From IMG/VR virus record IMGVR_UViG_3300025096_002712, positions 32,001-96,000 of that record: a stretch of 64,000 bases of DNA; one strand, written 5' to 3'. Source of the stretch: a virus. This document shows positions 50,051 through 59,914 of the stretch, one piece after another. The position numbers and the translations under genes are program-made. Under the pieces are notes generated by a model. The model saw only the letters and a program-made list of their open reading frames with translations. It was not told the DNA's origin and searched no databases. How positions within the stretch are numbered: the stretch's first letter is position 1; each line of letters starts with the position of its first letter.

Positions 50051-50556
50051 TTAGAAAAGAAGAACTTAAATACATTAAAGAGGTGTATGAAGAACCTGAT
50101 GGATATCTACACTACACAAAGTTTTTTGACTATGTTGGTATTGATAACTTTGGTATTATACCAGATATTGACCATTGGGATGAAATACAACATTGTATAA
50201 GGCCTACCAAAAATGAAAATGAATTTAGGGGAGATAAAAAAAAAGTAACAGTATGTCAATGTGTATGGGAAATGACTGGTAAAAATACTCATGGTGCATT
50301 AGTATATTACTTACGAGAAGTTATTAAGGCAGGTGGAGTAATGCCAGTAGATGTTAAAATTGAAGATGGAAAGGTTACTTATTTGGATGGTTCTCATAGA
50401 GTAACTGCACACATACAACTTGGAAACGAAATGATTCCTGTTTATATTAATCGAGAGAAACACCATTGGGTGACTTGTTGGAGACCTGGTATGATTTTGG
50501 AAGATGGAACTCTTGATATGAGTTATGATTTTAGTAATGAGGGTATCATTGCATGA
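50047..50556 (+). CDS. ParB/Sulfiredoxin-like domain protein
   Basis: PVDV..YLDGSHRVTA..LG...IPV motif. Confidence 0.55.
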   Translation: MIRKEELKYIKEVYEEPDGYLHYTKFFDYVGIDNFGIIPDIDHWDEIQHCIRPTKNENEFRGDKKKVTVCQCVWEMTGKNTHGALVYYLREVIKAGGVMPVDVKIEDGKVTYLDGSHRVTAHIQLGNEMIPVYINREKHHWVTCWRPGMILEDGTLDMSYDFSNEGIIA

Positions 50557-51671
50557 TAGATATTTTAACGATTAAATATTGGAATAAAATTGAAATAATG
50601 AATGAACAAGATGTTATTTCATATGAAGATGGGAGATGGCCAGATAAGAACTTACCATTTTCATTTCCAGAGTTTAATAGAGATAAGTTTAATTTTATAG
50701 AATCCCCTACTAAAAAATATATTGTATTTTTTGCATTAAAGTTGGGTATGGGATTTAATAAAGAAGATATAGAGAATGATAGATTATGGAAAGAAATTGT
50801 AGAAGATTTAAAAAACGATAAATGTAAAATAATATTTTATAGTCCAGATTGGGATTCAAGTGATTTAGTAGAAGATTTAGGTGTACCAAACGCATATGTT
50901 GTAAGTGGAGAACATGGTGATAATGAAGATGTTTTATATGTAGATTTTGTGGGAATATCATATGTCGATAAACAAAATAAATATGTAGATTTTTCTAAGT
51001 ATTTTGAATCAATGAAACCATACAATAGAGATTTTCATTTTTTAAGTTTCAATCATCATTTAAAGGAAGAAAGATTTCACTTATACAATTTTCTTAAAGA
51101 GAATGATATACTTAAAAAAACAAAGCACACTTTCTTCTCTCAGTATAAAAAATCAGAAATTGAAAATGCATTCGGTAGTTCAGAAGGATTACCAACAAAA
51201 GGTGATATGAATGATGTTAAGTTATTACCAGGTAATTTTCAGAATGAAGAATTTTATTTAAATACATCAGCACAATTTAATTCTTATATAAATATAACTA
51301 CTGAAAATAGAATTAGTAGTGATGAAATATTTTTGGCAGAAAGAATACATAAAAATTTCATGACCTTTCAACCATTTATTGTGATAGGACAACCAAATAC
51401 ATTATTGTTGTTGAAGAAGTGGGGATATAAAACATTTGAACCACTAATCAATGAAGAATATGATAGAGAATTGGATTTTGATACGAGATTTAAAATGATA
51501 AAAGAAAATATTATTAGGCTATCTATTTATAGTATAGATGAACTACACAATTTATATTATAATATACAAGATATTCTTTACCATAACTTTAACCATTTAA
51601 AAACACAATATGATTACGAATTAAAGAGATTCGAAATTTTTTTGGAGGACTTATATAATGAAAGTTCATAA
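50553..51671 (+). CDS. GT10-like protein, paralog 4
   Basis: FLSFN, YINITTE..LAERIHK..QPFIVIG, GYKTFEPLINEEYD. Confidence 0.55.
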   Translation: MIDILTIKYWNKIEIMNEQDVISYEDGRWPDKNLPFSFPEFNRDKFNFIESPTKKYIVFFALKLGMGFNKEDIENDRLWKEIVEDLKNDKCKIIFYSPDWDSSDLVEDLGVPNAYVVSGEHGDNEDVLYVDFVGISYVDKQNKYVDFSKYFESMKPYNRDFHFLSFNHHLKEERFHLYNFLKENDILKKTKHTFFSQYKKSEIENAFGSSEGLPTKGDMNDVKLLPGNFQNEEFYLNTSAQFNSYINITTENRISSDEIFLAERIHKNFMTFQPFIVIGQPNTLLLLKKWGYKTFEPLINEEYDRELDFDTRFKMIKENIIRLSIYSIDELHNLYYNIQDILYHNFNHLKTQYDYELKRFEIFLEDLYNESS

Positions 51672-52359
51672 TTATGACACTCAAAAATATTCATTCAAGA
51701 TATTACTTGAAGATTTATTAGAGTGCAAATTAGAAAAGATACACGAAAAATATAAAATTAGTAGTGAAGAAATAGTTGGTAAGGTGTATGAGTATTTTAG
51801 AACCGATAATGATTTTCAGTCTTTGTGGAAGTCTTTCTGTAAAGATGTAATAAAGAACATTCTTGAAGATACAAAAATAGTAGTTCAACAATTACCATCC
51901 GTTAAGATTATACCATCAAAGGAAAAACTAACTGAGTCAGATGAAAATAATGAATGGGTACAATTTGGTGGTAAGATAGTTGAACAAGATGGAATTAAAT
52001 TTAATTGCCATACAGATGGCGAGGCACCATTTCATCATCCAAGTTGGGAAACTAATTTTTGGATACCAATGATTAATGTGGATGATGATAACACAATGTA
52101 TGTAATGGATGATAAGGGCCAACTTAAACCTTGTTTACTTAAACACGGACAAATATTAGAGGCAGACCTCAATACTATTCGACATGGTGTAAAAACTTTT
52201 AATAATTCTAAAAACAGTAGAGTTTCTTTGGATTGTAGGGGATTGGCATATAGAGAATATGATACCGATAAATTATCAGATACTATAATAAAATCCAAAA
52301 ATATTAATTTCCAACAATCAGAATATTTCTCGGTTGGTCAATATTATATGGAAGTGTAA
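51658..52359 (+). CDS. Fe(II)/2OG-type oxygenase (StrG-like)
   Basis: CHTD..HHP.WETNFWIP, RHG...N...RVSLDCR. Confidence 0.6.
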   Translation: MKVHNYDTQKYSFKILLEDLLECKLEKIHEKYKISSEEIVGKVYEYFRTDNDFQSLWKSFCKDVIKNILEDTKIVVQQLPSVKIIPSKEKLTESDENNEWVQFGGKIVEQDGIKFNCHTDGEAPFHHPSWETNFWIPMINVDDDNTMYVMDDKGQLKPCLLKHGQILEADLNTIRHGVKTFNNSKNSRVSLDCRGLAYREYDTDKLSDTIIKSKNINFQQSEYFSVGQYYMEV

Positions 52360-52361
52360 AA

Positions 52362-54275
52362 ATGAAAAATGTTTATTTATTTGAAATAGCTGATGTTACA
52401 GCGCAACAAGTAAAATTACCTTATAGTACTGGTTTAATTTGGGGACATTGCCATAAAAATAAAAATATAACAGATAACTATAAATTAGATGGTTGGTTTT
52501 ATTATCGTGAACCGATAGAAGTAATTATGAAACGATTAGATAATCCAACTGTAATAGGATTTTCAGATTTTGTTTGGAATACACAATATGACCATAAAAT
52601 TGCAAAACAAATAAAACAGAAGTATCCTAATTGTATTATTGTTTTCGGTGGACAAGGAACACCGAAGGCAGATAGAGTTTCTAACTTTTTTAAAGAAAGT
52701 CCATATGTAGATATTGCAGTACATGGTGAAGGTGAGGTTACATTTGAAGATATACTAATAGAAAACTTAAAAGAAAAACCTGACTTTAAAAATGTATTGG
52801 GGTGTTCGGTTAGAAAATCAGATTTAAGTGCACACACTACACTACCAAGACCAAGAATAGATGATATTGATTCTATGCCAAGTCCTTACTTAGATGGTCT
52901 ATTTGATGAACTCGTAGAAAATAAAGACCACGAGTATGATTTTGAAGGGGCAATAGAAACCGTTAGGGGGTGTCCATATCGTTGTACATTTTGTGATATA
53001 GGAGATTTATATTTTCAAAAAATTAAAAAACAATCAAATGAAAAGGTATTTAAAGAATTAGATTGGTTAGTAGATAATAATGTAGAATTTTTATATAATG
53101 CAGATTCTAACTTTGGGATGTTTAAAGAACATAGAGATATTGTTAAATATATGACAGATTTAAAAAGTAAAACTGGATATCCTGATAATATTCGTGTTGA
53201 TTGGGCAAAGGCTAAAGCGGATAAGGTTATTGATTTGGCTAAATTATTAACTGATGCGAATATGATGAAAGGAATTACTATTGCTCTACAATCTATGAGT
53301 CCAGAAGTATTAGATGCGGTAAAGAGAAAAAATGTGGATGGTGGAAAGTTAAAAGAGTTTTTTGAATTATATAAAGGTGAAAATTTAAAAACATATATTG
53401 AATTAATTCTTGGACTTCCAAAAGAAACCGTTAAATCATTTAAGGATGGAATATTTCAAATATTAGATTTGGAATATTATGATTACATTGGTGTGTATCC
53501 AATGACAGTTTTACCTAATACACCATTTGCAGAACCAGAATATGTTGAAGAATATGGTATTGATGTAACAGAAACATTACCCGCATTTTTTCACCATGAT
53601 TATCCACAGGGTATGAAAGATGAAACTTCAACGATGGTAGTTGGACATAAGACATTAACTCGTGATGAGTATATTGAAATGAGTATGTGGAGATGGTTAT
53701 TTATGTTTGGTCATAATCTTGGGTATTTACAATATATGGCAAGATTTTTAAAATCTATTAAGGGAATATCCTATAGTGAGTTTTATGAAAAATTTTATTC
53801 ATATATGATTGATAATCCTACTACTCTTGTCGGTAAAGAATATTTAGAAACACAAAAAAGATTTAGGGGTATTCTTAATAGAACAGAGTATTGGGGAAGA
53901 AGTATAGATGAAATTAAAAAGGATTATTATTGGGATTTTGAAGAGGCAACCGCGCTAGTTTTTTCAATAAATGAAGATGAATGGTATAAAGATTTGAGAG
54001 TATTTTTAAGACAATTTGATTTGGGTGCAAAACTTGAAGATGATATACTTAATTTTCAGCACTTATTTGTTTCGAATCCACTTCAAGTATATCCAGTCAA
54101 AAAGGATTTTAATTATAATATAAAAGAAGTTTTATTTGAAAACAAAAAATTAAAAAATTCAGGTTATGAATACACCTTTGAAAATAAAAATTATCAACGA
54201 GATTTATTAAAATGGTGTAAGGAAATGATGTGGTGGGGCAGAAGAAATATGCAACATCAATCAGTAGTTTTATAA
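52362..54275 (+). CDS. B12-binding radical SAM enzyme (paralog of 33419)
   Basis: KLPYSTGLIW, HGEGE, RGCPYRCTFC, NADSNFG. Confidence 0.9.
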   Translation: MKNVYLFEIADVTAQQVKLPYSTGLIWGHCHKNKNITDNYKLDGWFYYREPIEVIMKRLDNPTVIGFSDFVWNTQYDHKIAKQIKQKYPNCIIVFGGQGTPKADRVSNFFKESPYVDIAVHGEGEVTFEDILIENLKEKPDFKNVLGCSVRKSDLSAHTTLPRPRIDDIDSMPSPYLDGLFDELVENKDHEYDFEGAIETVRGCPYRCTFCDIGDLYFQKIKKQSNEKVFKELDWLVDNNVEFLYNADSNFGMFKEHRDIVKYMTDLKSKTGYPDNIRVDWAKAKADKVIDLAKLLTDANMMKGITIALQSMSPEVLDAVKRKNVDGGKLKEFFELYKGENLKTYIELILGLPKETVKSFKDGIFQILDLEYYDYIGVYPMTVLPNTPFAEPEYVEEYGIDVTETLPAFFHHDYPQGMKDETSTMVVGHKTLTRDEYIEMSMWRWLFMFGHNLGYLQYMARFLKSIKGISYSEFYEKFYSYMIDNPTTLVGKEYLETQKRFRGILNRTEYWGRSIDEIKKDYYWDFEEATALVFSINEDEWYKDLRVFLRQFDLGAKLEDDILNFQHLFVSNPLQVYPVKKDFNYNIKEVLFENKKLKNSGYEYTFENKNYQRDLLKWCKEMMWWGRRNMQHQSVVL

Positions 54276-54277
54276 AA

Positions 54278-55339
54278 ATGGAAACACGATTTTATTTAAA
54301 TAATAAACTAATAGATAATTTTAATGAGATTTGGACGAATAGAATACTTTTCGAAAAGATCCAGGAAGTAAAAGTATCTAAACTTTGTGATATTTTTTTG
54401 ATTAAGCCTGGGTATCCAGAAGATAATCCATTTGATGTTATACAAACACTTGGTAAGGATAGAAAAATAATTGTGTGGTATATGGATACAGTTTCAAATC
54501 AGATATATTATAATCATAAAAATAGTATTAATATGTTATGTGAGAAGGGATATGATTTAAAAGTTATAATACCAGATCATTTAGACAATTATGATTTATC
54601 TTGTGAGGTTTTTAATAATTATTCAATGGCAGATTGTATTTTAGAACAGCAAGAGAGAGATAAGTGGTTGATAAGCTATTTATATAATGATAGAAAAAAA
54701 TTGTATAGACAAAAATATTTTTTATCCTTTAACGGAGTTCCTAAACTTCATAGGATTGCACTTTTAGGTCTTATTATTTCTAATAATTTGTTGAAAAAAT
54801 TTGATATATCCTTCAATTCATTTTTTTGGAATGAAGAATTAAATTTAAGTGGTTTAAGTGAGTATAATATTGAGAAGTTTGATACTTCAATTTTACCTTT
54901 ACATTTGGATTTGTTAGAATCAACATATTATACATCCACTAAATTGAATTTACCATTATATTCTAATTCTTATATAGATATAGTTTCTTGCTCTAATTAT
55001 AATAGGGATGGTGTTTATATTGATGAAAAAACTTATAAATCCTTTGCATGTATGAAACCATTTATTTTAGTTAGTCAATGTGGGGCATTAAAAAAATTAA
55101 GAGAATTGGGATTTAAAACTTTTTCACCTTGGATAGACGAATCATATGATGATGAAAAGAATCATGTTAAAAGAATGAGTTTAATTGTTGAAGAAATAAA
55201 AAGAATCTCTAAATTATCATTAAAAGAAATTGATAAAATGTATTTTGATATGGAGTTGGTTTTGAAACACAATAGTAGTCAATTAGGAATTTATATACAT
55301 AATACAGATAAAAAAATATTGGGTATTTTTAATGATTGA
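54278..55339 (+). CDS. GT10-like protein, paralog 5 (start probably 54278)
   Basis: YFLSFNGVPKLHR, YIDEKTYK..KPFI, GFKTFSPWIDESYD. Confidence 0.55.
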   Translation: METRFYLNNKLIDNFNEIWTNRILFEKIQEVKVSKLCDIFLIKPGYPEDNPFDVIQTLGKDRKIIVWYMDTVSNQIYYNHKNSINMLCEKGYDLKVIIPDHLDNYDLSCEVFNNYSMADCILEQQERDKWLISYLYNDRKKLYRQKYFLSFNGVPKLHRIALLGLIISNNLLKKFDISFNSFFWNEELNLSGLSEYNIEKFDTSILPLHLDLLESTYYTSTKLNLPLYSNSYIDIVSCSNYNRDGVYIDEKTYKSFACMKPFILVSQCGALKKLRELGFKTFSPWIDESYDDEKNHVKRMSLIVEEIKRISKLSLKEIDKMYFDMELVLKHNSSQLGIYIHNTDKKILGIFND

Positions 55340-56573
55340 TGTAGTTTATATTAAATATGTAGATGGCAAATATAATATTGTTACTGATATGGGATTGGTT
55401 TTTGATAATAGTTTTTTCATGGATAAGTTTTCTAATATTAATAATTTTGTTAATAATGAAATTAATTTGTGTGATAATTTTCCAAGTAATGAGTATGTGA
55501 TAATATTAGATCCAGAAGATGCAGCAGATGCTATACGATATATTGAATCTTCTAAAAATATTATTTCAGATTTAAAAAAAAATAAATGTAGGATATTTGT
55601 TACTATAAGAGAAGGAGCAGTAAATGATAATGGTAGTACCCATTTTGATTTTGAAAATTCTACATATGATCCAGGGGAGTTAGGTTATATAATAAAAGAA
55701 AATAAGATTCCACGAGATAATTTTATTTGGATGAGTCCTGAGATTTTGATAAATGATGAACATTATAGTGATTTTGATTTTACTCATAAATTTTTTAATA
55801 TTTGGTTACTAAAATTAGATAATGTTAGTAGATCACATTATTATCCACACATGATGAACTTGTTTAAAAGAGGAACAAACTTTTCGAGAACAAAATATTT
55901 TTATACAGTTAATTCATCACCACGACCACATAGATTAGAATTGTTAGATTTTCTTAAAAATAACAATTTATTAAAATATGGAAATGCCAATTTTTTTAGT
56001 AATGCACACGGAGAAACATCCAATAGTGATTATCATACTGATTGGATGGGTGTAGAGATGGTGGGTAGCAAAGATTTAAAATGGAATGATGAAAACTATC
56101 ATATGGGTGCACAAATTAATGATAATGAGAGTTATCTTCCAACATATGCAATTAATGTAGTTCAATCTTTTAATGCATATTTTCAAATTATAACAACTTC
56201 TATATATGATTATGATAAAGATTGTAAATATCCATATATTTTTTTTAATGAAAAAATATGGAAGTCTATGATTACATTACAACCTTTTATTATTATGTCT
56301 CAACCTAATATTTTAAGAATGTTAAAGGAGTTTGGATTTAAAACATTTCATCCATATATTGATGAGAGTTACGATAGTGTTTTAGATGATGATGAAAGGA
56401 AAAATCTTATTTTTAAGGAGATAAAAAGATTGTGTTCTATGACAAGAGATGATATACATAAGTGGTTTTGGAATACAAAAGATATATTAGTACATAATCA
56501 TAATAGACTTTCTGAATATTCAGATGAACATTGTGCTGATTTTATAGAATTATTGAAGAAAAATATTAATTAA
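55332..56573 (+). CDS. GT10-like protein, paralog 6
   Basis: NSSPRPHR, YFQIIT..FFNEKIWK..QPFI, GFKTFHPYIDESYD. Confidence 0.55.
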   Translation: MIDVVYIKYVDGKYNIVTDMGLVFDNSFFMDKFSNINNFVNNEINLCDNFPSNEYVIILDPEDAADAIRYIESSKNIISDLKKNKCRIFVTIREGAVNDNGSTHFDFENSTYDPGELGYIIKENKIPRDNFIWMSPEILINDEHYSDFDFTHKFFNIWLLKLDNVSRSHYYPHMMNLFKRGTNFSRTKYFYTVNSSPRPHRLELLDFLKNNNLLKYGNANFFSNAHGETSNSDYHTDWMGVEMVGSKDLKWNDENYHMGAQINDNESYLPTYAINVVQSFNAYFQIITTSIYDYDKDCKYPYIFFNEKIWKSMITLQPFIIMSQPNILRMLKEFGFKTFHPYIDESYDSVLDDDERKNLIFKEIKRLCSMTRDDIHKWFWNTKDILVHNHNRLSEYSDEHCADFIELLKKNIN

Positions 56574-56588
56574 TTATACTTATATATA

Positions 56589-56681
56589 AGTCCAGTAGTG
56601 ATAACAGGGGGTATAAAAACCCAAAGACCTAACCGACTACAGAAAATGGACTATAAAAACGGAGGCACTTTAAATAGTGTC
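56589..56681 (+). ncRNA. Candidate structured cis-regulatory leader RNA upstream of gmd
   Basis: Nested stems AGTCCA/TGGACT, GTAGT/ACTAC, AGG/CCT, GGGT/ACCC, then hairpin GGCACT/AGTGTC, in the longest non-coding gap of the island. Confidence 0.45.
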
Positions 56682-56701
56682 CTTATAATGAGGATTTTTT
56701 A

Positions 56702-57733
56702 ATGCGAGTTTTAATAACAGGTATTACAGGTTTTGTCGGTAGTCATATGGTAGACTACTTAATCAAAAATGTTCCAAATGTAGAAATATTTGCAATTCGA
56801 AGGTGGAGAAGTAGAGACGATAGTATTAAACATTTATATTCTCCTGAAAAATATGGCGATGATAAACAAGATAATGTTCAATTCATAGAGTCAGATTTAT
56901 TAGATAGGGGAAGTATTTATAATGCAATTTATATTTCAAAACCAGATGTTGTTTATCATTTTGCCGCTCAAAGTTTTCCAGAAGCTAGTTTTCTAACACC
57001 AAGTAGTACGCTAACTACTAACATAATAGGAACTACAAATCTCTTAGAAGAATTACGACTTGCAAAAGAAAGAAATTATTGTAATCCTACAATAATAAGT
57101 GTTTCTTCATCAGAAGTTTATGGTAATCCAACCGAAGATGAAATACCAATCACAGAAGATAATCCAATTAGAGCAGCAAATCCCTATTCTATATCAAAAG
57201 TTGGACATGATTTAATGTCCCAATATTATCATAAGGCATATGATATGAAAGTTATAATCACTCGAATGTTTTCACACGAGGGTTCTCGTAGAGGAAAACG
57301 ATTTGCATTATCATGGTTTGCATATCAAATAGCAATGGCAGAAAATAGAGAGGATTTTCCGCCCTATGCTCCAAGTTTTCCAACACATCCTATTAAACAC
57401 GGAAATCTTGATTCTGTTAGAACTTACAATCATATAGAAGATGCAGTTTATGCCTATTGGTTGGCAGTAGATAAATGTGATTATGGAGAAGTGTATAACA
57501 TCGGTGGAGATTATACTTGTACGGTTGGAGATGCATTAGATATGTTGATATCCAAATCAAAAAATCCAAAGGCCTTTATAAAAGAACTTGATCCTGATAG
57601 AGTCAGGCCAACAGATATCACATTGCAGATACCAAGTAGTGATAAGTTTAGAGAAAAAACTGGATGGAAACCAACAAAAGGATTGGAAGAAATTTGTGAA
57701 GATTTATTAAATTATTGGAGAGGGGTTTTATAG
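56702..57733 (+). CDS. gmd: GDP-mannose 4,6-dehydratase-like SDR
   Basis: TGITGFVGSH, HFAAQS, SSSEVYG, PYSISK, GNLDSVR, RPTDI. Confidence 0.8.
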   Translation: MRVLITGITGFVGSHMVDYLIKNVPNVEIFAIRRWRSRDDSIKHLYSPEKYGDDKQDNVQFIESDLLDRGSIYNAIYISKPDVVYHFAAQSFPEASFLTPSSTLTTNIIGTTNLLEELRLAKERNYCNPTIISVSSSEVYGNPTEDEIPITEDNPIRAANPYSISKVGHDLMSQYYHKAYDMKVIITRMFSHEGSRRGKRFALSWFAYQIAMAENREDFPPYAPSFPTHPIKHGNLDSVRTYNHIEDAVYAYWLAVDKCDYGEVYNIGGDYTCTVGDALDMLISKSKNPKAFIKELDPDRVRPTDITLQIPSSDKFREKTGWKPTKGLEEICEDLLNYWRGVL

Positions 57734-58326
57734 TGAAAAATAGATTTTATGCAGTGGATATGTTTTATTATCCTTATGTCCAAAAACATTTGGGTGATAA
57801 ATCACTACAAAATATTGTAACTACTGGTGGTTCTTTTGGAGCAATACATTGTGAAATTAAAAGACACGATGAACTTACATATGAAAATATTTTTCATTAT
57901 GAATTGATGGATAATCAAATACTTGACTTTGAGGATCAACGCCAATTTGGGGGTAAAATAGGTGGTAATGTAAAAAGTAAATCAGGACAAATAATAAAAG
58001 ATAATATTTTATGTCCAGATGACCCCATTCAATCTGTAAATTTAATTTATGCTGATGTCGGTGGAAATGGAGAATTGTATGATATAATGATGGAAGGTGG
58101 TATTGAAAACGGGGTGAATAAAATACTTGAAGCTGGATTTGTTAATAATAAACTTGGAATATTAGTTTTTTTATATTTTGATGGGATAGGAATAGAACCA
58201 TTTTTAGATAAACAATATGGTTCTTATAAATCAAAAGATTTTTTTAGTTCAAACATCGTGTGGGATGATGGACAACCAAACTGTTCTGGAACTCAAAGAT
58301 TAGATGGAGTAGTATTTTATGAGTGA
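57733..58326 (+). CDS. Hypothetical protein (start probably GTG 57733)
   Basis: Operon-coupled ORF; no recognisable motif. Confidence 0.6.
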   Translation: MKNRFYAVDMFYYPYVQKHLGDKSLQNIVTTGGSFGAIHCEIKRHDELTYENIFHYELMDNQILDFEDQRQFGGKIGGNVKSKSGQIIKDNILCPDDPIQSVNLIYADVGGNGELYDIMMEGGIENGVNKILEAGFVNNKLGILVFLYFDGIGIEPFLDKQYGSYKSKDFFSSNIVWDDGQPNCSGTQRLDGVVFYE

Positions 58327-58840
58327 TTTTAAAGTAGAAGTAATAGATTCAGAAGTGTTTCCTGAGGTGAAAATATTGAAACCTGATCCTTGGTTTGATT
58401 ATCGCGGTGAAATGTGGACATTTTGGGAAAAGGAAAACGAAGTGTTACCAAAAAAACACGAATGGAAAATATCCAAGTTTACTCGTTCAAGAAAAAATGT
58501 TCTTCGTGGATTACACGGAGATAATGTAACTTGGAAAAATATTACTTGTGTGTGGGGAGAAATATATCTGGTAGTTGTAGATAACCGACCAGATTCAGTA
58601 AATTATTTAGAATGGGATAGTTTTCTTATTTCTGAAAGAAATCATTTGAGTGTCTTAGTTCCACCTAATTTTTTAAATGGTCATTTATGTTTAAGTGAAG
58701 AATGTTTATTTCATTATACACAGGCATATCCAAACGACTACGTAGATTGGCAAGACCAAGATACTGCTAAGTGGAATGATGAAAGAATAGGAATAGAGTG
58801 GCCTATAAAAAACCCTATATTAAATTGGAGAGATAAGTGA
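58319..58840 (+). CDS. rmlC: dTDP-4-dehydrorhamnose 3,5-epimerase-like cupin
   Basis: DYRGE, SRKNVLRGLH, VVVDNRPDS, VPPNFLNGH, WND..IGIEWP. Confidence 0.85.
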   Translation: MSDFKVEVIDSEVFPEVKILKPDPWFDYRGEMWTFWEKENEVLPKKHEWKISKFTRSRKNVLRGLHGDNVTWKNITCVWGEIYLVVVDNRPDSVNYLEWDSFLISERNHLSVLVPPNFLNGHLCLSEECLFHYTQAYPNDYVDWQDQDTAKWNDERIGIEWPIKNPILNWRDK

Positions 58841-59325
58841 GTATAGAGGACAATAAATTTATTCAAGAAATTTTAGAAAGTGGAGAAGTTCCTTTAATTT
58901 TTAATATGGGATACACAAACTGGCCAGTTGATGGAGAAATAATACCATTATTAAGATATTTTTGGAAGAATGGTATTGAAACTTTTAATTCTTGTGCTAG
59001 TCATGTTGAAGTATCTACTATTGAAGGTTGGGGATATTATTTTTCTTCGAAACCTTATGTTGTAGTTGATGATACTTCTATGCATTCACCATTTATTGAA
59101 CAATTAGAAAAGGAAGTTGATGAGATGGGATATCGTATGGAAGGAAGAGAGGATACTCGCTATCTAGCAACAAGGTTAGAGTTTATAAATAAATCTATAA
59201 ATCAACCCAAATATTCAAAATACGAATGGGATTTTAGAGACAACGGTATTGTTATTGGTGAAGTAGAAGAATTAATTGAAAAAAATCATAACTTTTTAAG
59301 TAAGTTTAGGGATAAGGAGAATTAA
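58837..59325 (+). CDS. Hypothetical protein
   Basis: GTG start coupled to the upstream gene; VDGEIIPLL..GIETFNSCASH segment, function unknown. Confidence 0.6.
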   Translation: MSIEDNKFIQEILESGEVPLIFNMGYTNWPVDGEIIPLLRYFWKNGIETFNSCASHVEVSTIEGWGYYFSSKPYVVVDDTSMHSPFIEQLEKEVDEMGYRMEGREDTRYLATRLEFINKSINQPKYSKYEWDFRDNGIVIGEVEELIEKNHNFLSKFRDKEN

Positions 59326-59326
59326 T

Positions 59327-59914
59327 ATGATAGATAAACAATTTTTAATAGACTTTGAAACAGAAGTCAAAGAACGATATGAAGCAGGTGAAATTAAAGC
59401 GCCTGTTCATCTTGCATCAAATAATGAAGATGAACTTATAGAAATATTCGAGAATGTTAATAAAGATGATTGGGTATTTGCTAGTTGGAGAAATCATTAT
59501 CATGCATTATTACACGGAATACCAAGAGATGTTCTGATGAACCAAATTATTAGAGGTAAGAGTATGAGTGTGTACTCAAAAGAACCAAAGTTTTATTCAT
59601 CTGCAATAGTTGGTGGGATAATTCCAATAGCACTTGGAGTTGCACAATCAATTAAATTAAAAGGTGAATCAAATAAAGTTTGGTGTTTTGTTGGAGATAT
59701 GACTTTTGAGAGTGGAATATTTCACGAGTCATATAAATACGCTAAGAACTTTGATTTACCATTACGATTTGTAGTTGAGGATAATAATCTTTCTACAAAT
59801 ACACCAGTTGATGAAACTTGGGGTGGTAAACAAGAAGTTCCAAGTGATATAATTTATTATCAATATAAAAGTGATTATCCACATCACGGAACAGGAAATT
59901 GGGTGTTATTCTAA
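59327..59914 (+). CDS. TPP-dependent dehydrogenase E1 alpha-like subunit (short)
   Basis: WRNHYHAL, SAIVGG, GDMTFESG...EDNN TPP-binding motif, YPHHG. Confidence 0.85.
   Translation: MIDKQFLIDFETEVKERYEAGEIKAPVHLASNNEDELIEIFENVNKDDWVFASWRNHYHALLHGIPRDVLMNQIIRGKSMSVYSKEPKFYSSAIVGGIIPIALGVAQSIKLKGESNKVWCFVGDMTFESGIFHESYKYAKNFDLPLRFVVEDNNLSTNTPVDETWGGKQEVPSDIIYYQYKSDYPHHGTGNWVLF

Noticed and set aside
56589-56681. Assignment of the leader to a known Rfam family (wcaG, manA) or a tRNA
   Set aside because: I could not match their conserved features as I recall them, and there is no cloverleaf or T-loop; left as an unassigned candidate.
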